Shown one piece after another: positions 18,315 through 21,512 of a stretch of DNA of 21,512 nucleotides. Source of the stretch: Chlamydiota bacterium (lineage in GTDB: Bacteria; Chlamydiota; Chlamydiia; Chlamydiales; SM23-39). The position numbers were made by a program, and so were the translations under genes. The notes beneath the pieces were generated by a model, which ran no database searches, was not told the DNA's origin, and worked only from the letters and a program-made list of their open reading frames with translations. Every line of letters starts with the position of its first letter. Position 1 is the first letter of the stretch. The stretch spans positions 1 through 21,512 of the forward strand of contig JBCAXK010000028.1 of NCBI GenBank assembly GCA_038534095.1, given 5' to 3'.

Positions 18315-20501
18315 ATGTTTGCAAGTTCTGCCCATTCGTTGCCCCTCACGGTATCAAGAGCCACAAAAGCTACCTACTTTCCTACTTTATGGAGCACTTT
18401 CTCCCTAAAAGAAAACAGCAGCTGCTGGCAAAAAACCCAAAACATTGGGCTCATCGCCACGATAGTTTTTCCTGTGTTTATTATTCTCTACGATTTAGGA
18501 AAACATCTTGGAGGCTTTTGCTATAGACTTTTCCAGAAAAATCCTACGCAACCTGCAATCACTCACTCCACGCAAGAGCCTAGTCTTAGCCCAAAAAAAG
18601 TGACTATCGAAAAACAACCTCAAGATACGCAATCAAAAACCGTTGTCATAGAAACTACAGCGCAAAAGCAACGTACAAAAGCAACGGTAACACCTAAAGC
18701 TATACAACTAGAGAGCCCAAAAAACCCTCTAAAAGATGAGCTAAGCCGCTTACATGTGCTAAAAAGAAAACTCGAGAAGGATTTAGAAGATAACCACAAA
18801 ACGACAGAAAAGCTCAAAAAAGAGCTCAAAAATCATGCAAAAGAGCTTCATCAAGTCAAGCAAGCCCTAGAAAAAGCAGAAGAAGCGCAAAACACCAAAA
18901 AAGATGTAGAAGATAACCACGAAACTATAAAAGAACTCGAAACAAGACTCGCAAATGCTGAACGTCTGAAATACACCACGCAAACTTATCTAGATGATAC
19001 AAACAAACGCTTAGATAGCGCAAATGAAGAAATTAAAAATCTGATTGCAACAAAAACAGATCTGAGTAAAACAGCATCTAAACGAGAAAAAGTCATCGAC
19101 GTCTTAAAAAACGAGCTGATGGCCACAAAGAGTTCGGAGAGCGCGCAAAGAGAAAAAATCAAACGCTTAGAGAAAGCAGTCCAAGAAGCACGAAAAACGA
19201 CAGTACAAAAGCTGGCAGCTACTCCTCCCTTAGGCATTACCCACTTTGTCGATACAAATAATTTACAAGCGCAGCTCTACCTCCGTTTAAGTCACTTTGT
19301 ACAAGCGCTTAATGTAAATCATGATCTTGTGAAGAATGATTTTAAAGAGGCTTACAGAATCTTGATCAGCAACAAAACCATTGATTCCTTAAAACAACAA
19401 GCGAAAGATTCCCCTCAAGTAGTCGAGCTCTTGTGCAATTTAGATACCTTTCTTCATGAATACGCGTATGCATGCAGGGAGCTGAGTAAATTCCCAACAG
19501 GCCTTAATTACATACATTGCATGAATACGGAAATTCTCTTGCCCGTCTTACGGGCCATCGAAGGAATGATCACTCCGAATAATGAGCCACTTATCTCCAC
19601 GTTAGAGATGTTGGCAAGTCAATACAAGGATAATCGAGTAAAGTACGTTGCATGGTCTGCTTATGTTAAATGTGGGGCGAACATGATTTCATTCGGACAA
19701 TTTCTCACTAGCCTAAAACAGGCAGCCAAGATTCGTTTACCAAAAACAGAAATTAGCAATTTCGATGCTCAAGGAGCTCTTCTCTCAGTTCTTAACTCAT
19801 TACCGACAGCTATCCTTTTATACGTTCTTGTGATGATAGTGCATTCTATAGATTTTGATTATTATCCTGTAGTCATACCAACCATCATCACAGGTTTAGC
19901 AGCTATTGCAAACGCTTCAGAAAACGTTCGTAAAGAGTTGGGCGCCTTTACAAAGAAATCGATCACCATGGCTTACAATCATCCTAGAAGCGCCCTAGGA
20001 ATATTTACTTTTATGACAACAAATTATTTTTGTAAATGGAACCTACTAACAAACTTAGGAAGGGTGCAAAAATTTTTAGGGCTACGAGTCACCTATCTTT
20101 CTCCATCTGCTGAATTCAACGATACCATAAACACACGCATTGATCGTGTAAGGCGTTTTATTCCGCTAGCGTATCTGCTATATTGTATGTACCAAGGCAA
20201 ATCTACCATTCAAAACACCAATCTTTACGAGCGAGTCTCTCAGGGAGTTCGCAAAGAGCTAAAGAATCCACAGATGAAAAAAGATCACCATAAATACTAT
20301 AATTATAAAGAGAAGAGGTTGTACGATACATCTGATGAACAGAAGAAACAGCCTTCGAAAGCACCTCAAGCACGCGCCCCTTCCCTCGGATTACCAGCTC
20401 CTGGAGCACCTGCCCATTCACAACCAGAGTCACCCCGTTCGCAACCAGAGTCGCCTCGCCCAGAACAAGTCCAACCCCTCCTACTCCAGATAGGCATGTA
20501 A
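18315..20501 (+). CDS. Large orphan membrane and coiled-coil protein (Inc/type III effector candidate)
   Basis: 728 aa: N-terminal hydrophobic helix IGLIATIVFPVFIILY, coiled coil at about aa 135-295, bilobed hydrophobic region (LPTAILLYVLVMIV...PVVIPTIITGLAAIA) and Pro-rich tail. Confidence 0.8.
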   Translation: MFASSAHSLPLTVSRATKATYFPTLWSTFSLKENSSCWQKTQNIGLIATIVFPVFIILYDLGKHLGGFCYRLFQKNPTQPAITHSTQEPSLSPKKVTIEKQPQDTQSKTVVIETTAQKQRTKATVTPKAIQLESPKNPLKDELSRLHVLKRKLEKDLEDNHKTTEKLKKELKNHAKELHQVKQALEKAEEAQNTKKDVEDNHETIKELETRLANAERLKYTTQTYLDDTNKRLDSANEEIKNLIATKTDLSKTASKREKVIDVLKNELMATKSSESAQREKIKRLEKAVQEARKTTVQKLAATPPLGITHFVDTNNLQAQLYLRLSHFVQALNVNHDLVKNDFKEAYRILISNKTIDSLKQQAKDSPQVVELLCNLDTFLHEYAYACRELSKFPTGLNYIHCMNTEILLPVLRAIEGMITPNNEPLISTLEMLASQYKDNRVKYVAWSAYVKCGANMISFGQFLTSLKQAAKIRLPKTEISNFDAQGALLSVLNSLPTAILLYVLVMIVHSIDFDYYPVVIPTIITGLAAIANASENVRKELGAFTKKSITMAYNHPRSALGIFTFMTTNYFCKWNLLTNLGRVQKFLGLRVTYLSPSAEFNDTINTRIDRVRRFIPLAYLLYCMYQGKSTIQNTNLYERVSQGVRKELKNPQMKKDHHKYYNYKEKRLYDTSDEQKKQPSKAPQARAPSLGLPAPGAPAHSQPESPRSQPESPRPEQVQPLLLQIGM
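20418..20459 (+). repeat. 21-bp tandem repeat encoding SQPESPR twice
   Basis: TCACAACCAGAGTCACCCCGT / TCGCAACCAGAGTCGCCTCGC; all four differences are synonymous. Confidence 0.85.
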
Positions 20502-21032
20502 AAACCTTTCAAAATATTTCATACAAGAAAGCCCTTAAAAAAAGATCCCCATCACGTGCACAATCTTGGAGACAATCCTTTAAGCAGCCTCAGAATAGAT
20601 CCTTTTTTGCACCAAGAAATACATCAGTCTCATGGAAATTAGATAGGAATAGCTGGAAACATCGAGAATAGTATTCAGAAAAACTTTGCTTCTGCCTTGG
20701 ATCAATCAGCAACCTTTTACTTCCTAAATAACGATTTTTTCAATTGTTTGCGATTGGTGAACAATGAATTGGATAAAACGTTAAGAAAAAGGCGGTTGAT
20801 GATTAGTAGCGCGTAAAAAAGCGAGCAACCTTGCAAAAACAACACATTCCTACCAAGCTATTTACCGAATCGTCGCCCAATAAAAAACTTGGGCTTGTAT
20901 CTTACAAGATCGATGATCATCAGCATTTTCATTCTATCAGAGAATCTTAAGATCAACAAACGTTCTATATTTATATGCATAAAAAATACTTTAAATCATA
21001 AAAAATATAAAAATTAAAAACTTTTGTAAGTA

Positions 21033-21062
21033 TTGATTTTAAAGGAATATAAAAATTATAAT
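21033..21062 (+). promoter_or_regulatory. Putative sigma66 promoter
   Basis: TTGATT (21033-21038)-18 nt-TATAAT (21057-21062), 31 nt upstream of ATG 21094. Confidence 0.55.
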
Positions 21063-21093
21063 ATATTCAAAATAAATTAAACTGTATCTGGTA

Positions 21094-21512
21094 ATGAACA
21101 TAACACATCTTCCATCACGTTTTCCCGAGACTTTTCCCTGCGCAGCAAAGCTTTCTTTGAACAAACAAGATAGTTGGTCGCTCTACCTTTTCAAGCTAGT
21201 TCTTATAGGATCCATTGTTACTCCGATTTTCATGGTCTTGTACGACCTTGCCAGCCTAGTGATACGTTCTACTTGTAGCGGATGTAAATATGTATTTACA
21301 AAACATGAAAAAAAGCCTCCAACGCCCTTGAAAGGCTTGCAAAATCAGAGAGCAATTAACAAACCGTCCATCGAAAAAGAGCTACTGTCTTCCCGCCCAA
21401 GAGCTGGATTACTAAAAACAGAAACAAACAGCGCAAAAAATATATTGCCTATTTCTAACGAAGACACAAGTAAAGTAGAACAGCTTCGCAATAACAACCA
21501 TCAATTAACAAC
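21094..21512 (+). CDS. Paralogue of the 18315-20501 protein (runs off the window end)
   Basis: Not in the ORF track. Open for 139 codons: MNITHLPSRFPETFPCAAKLSLNKQDSWSLYLFKLVLIGSIVTPIFMVLYDLASLVIRS... Its N-terminus aligns with that of the preceding gene. Confidence 0.8.
   Translation, partial: MNITHLPSRFPETFPCAAKLSLNKQDSWSLYLFKLVLIGSIVTPIFMVLYDLASLVIRSTCSGCKYVFTKHEKKPPTPLKGLQNQRAINKPSIEKELLSSRPRAGLLKTETNSAKNILPISNEDTSKVEQLRNNNHQLT

Overview
This window looks like a chromosome segment from a member of the Chlamydiota. The evidence is the holB-tmk-gyrA-gyrB-DUF721/dciA-mgtE gene order, the GyrA HPHGESVIYPT signature, a plant/chlamydial-type FabI and an orphan FliO. Bases 1-8020 hold a tightly coupled minus-strand housekeeping operon (mgtE, dciA, gyrB, gyrA, tmk, truncated holB). 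Next comes a complete 1740-bp IS1634-family element (8218-9957) with perfect 14-bp terminal inverted repeats and a 6-bp ATATAA target duplication, inserted into the U-tail of an intrinsic terminator. The rest mixes core genes (orphan parA/soj, fabI, fliO-like) with orphan genes behind AT-rich promoter regions that resemble type III-secreted or inclusion-membrane effectors. These are a 33-aa-repeat membrane-anchored protein with possible ubiquitin-binding (MIU-like) helices, a Pro/Ser/Thr-rich protein with an internal duplication, and a tandem pair of paralogues sharing an N-terminal 'FP..SL..LI..IV.P.F..LYDL' module. There is also a 48-aa basic ORF, absent from the ORF track, with its own promoter and palindrome, converging on parA. 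No rRNA, tRNA or CRISPR array was seen. Functional ideas for the orphan genes are inferences from motifs read by eye, not database results.
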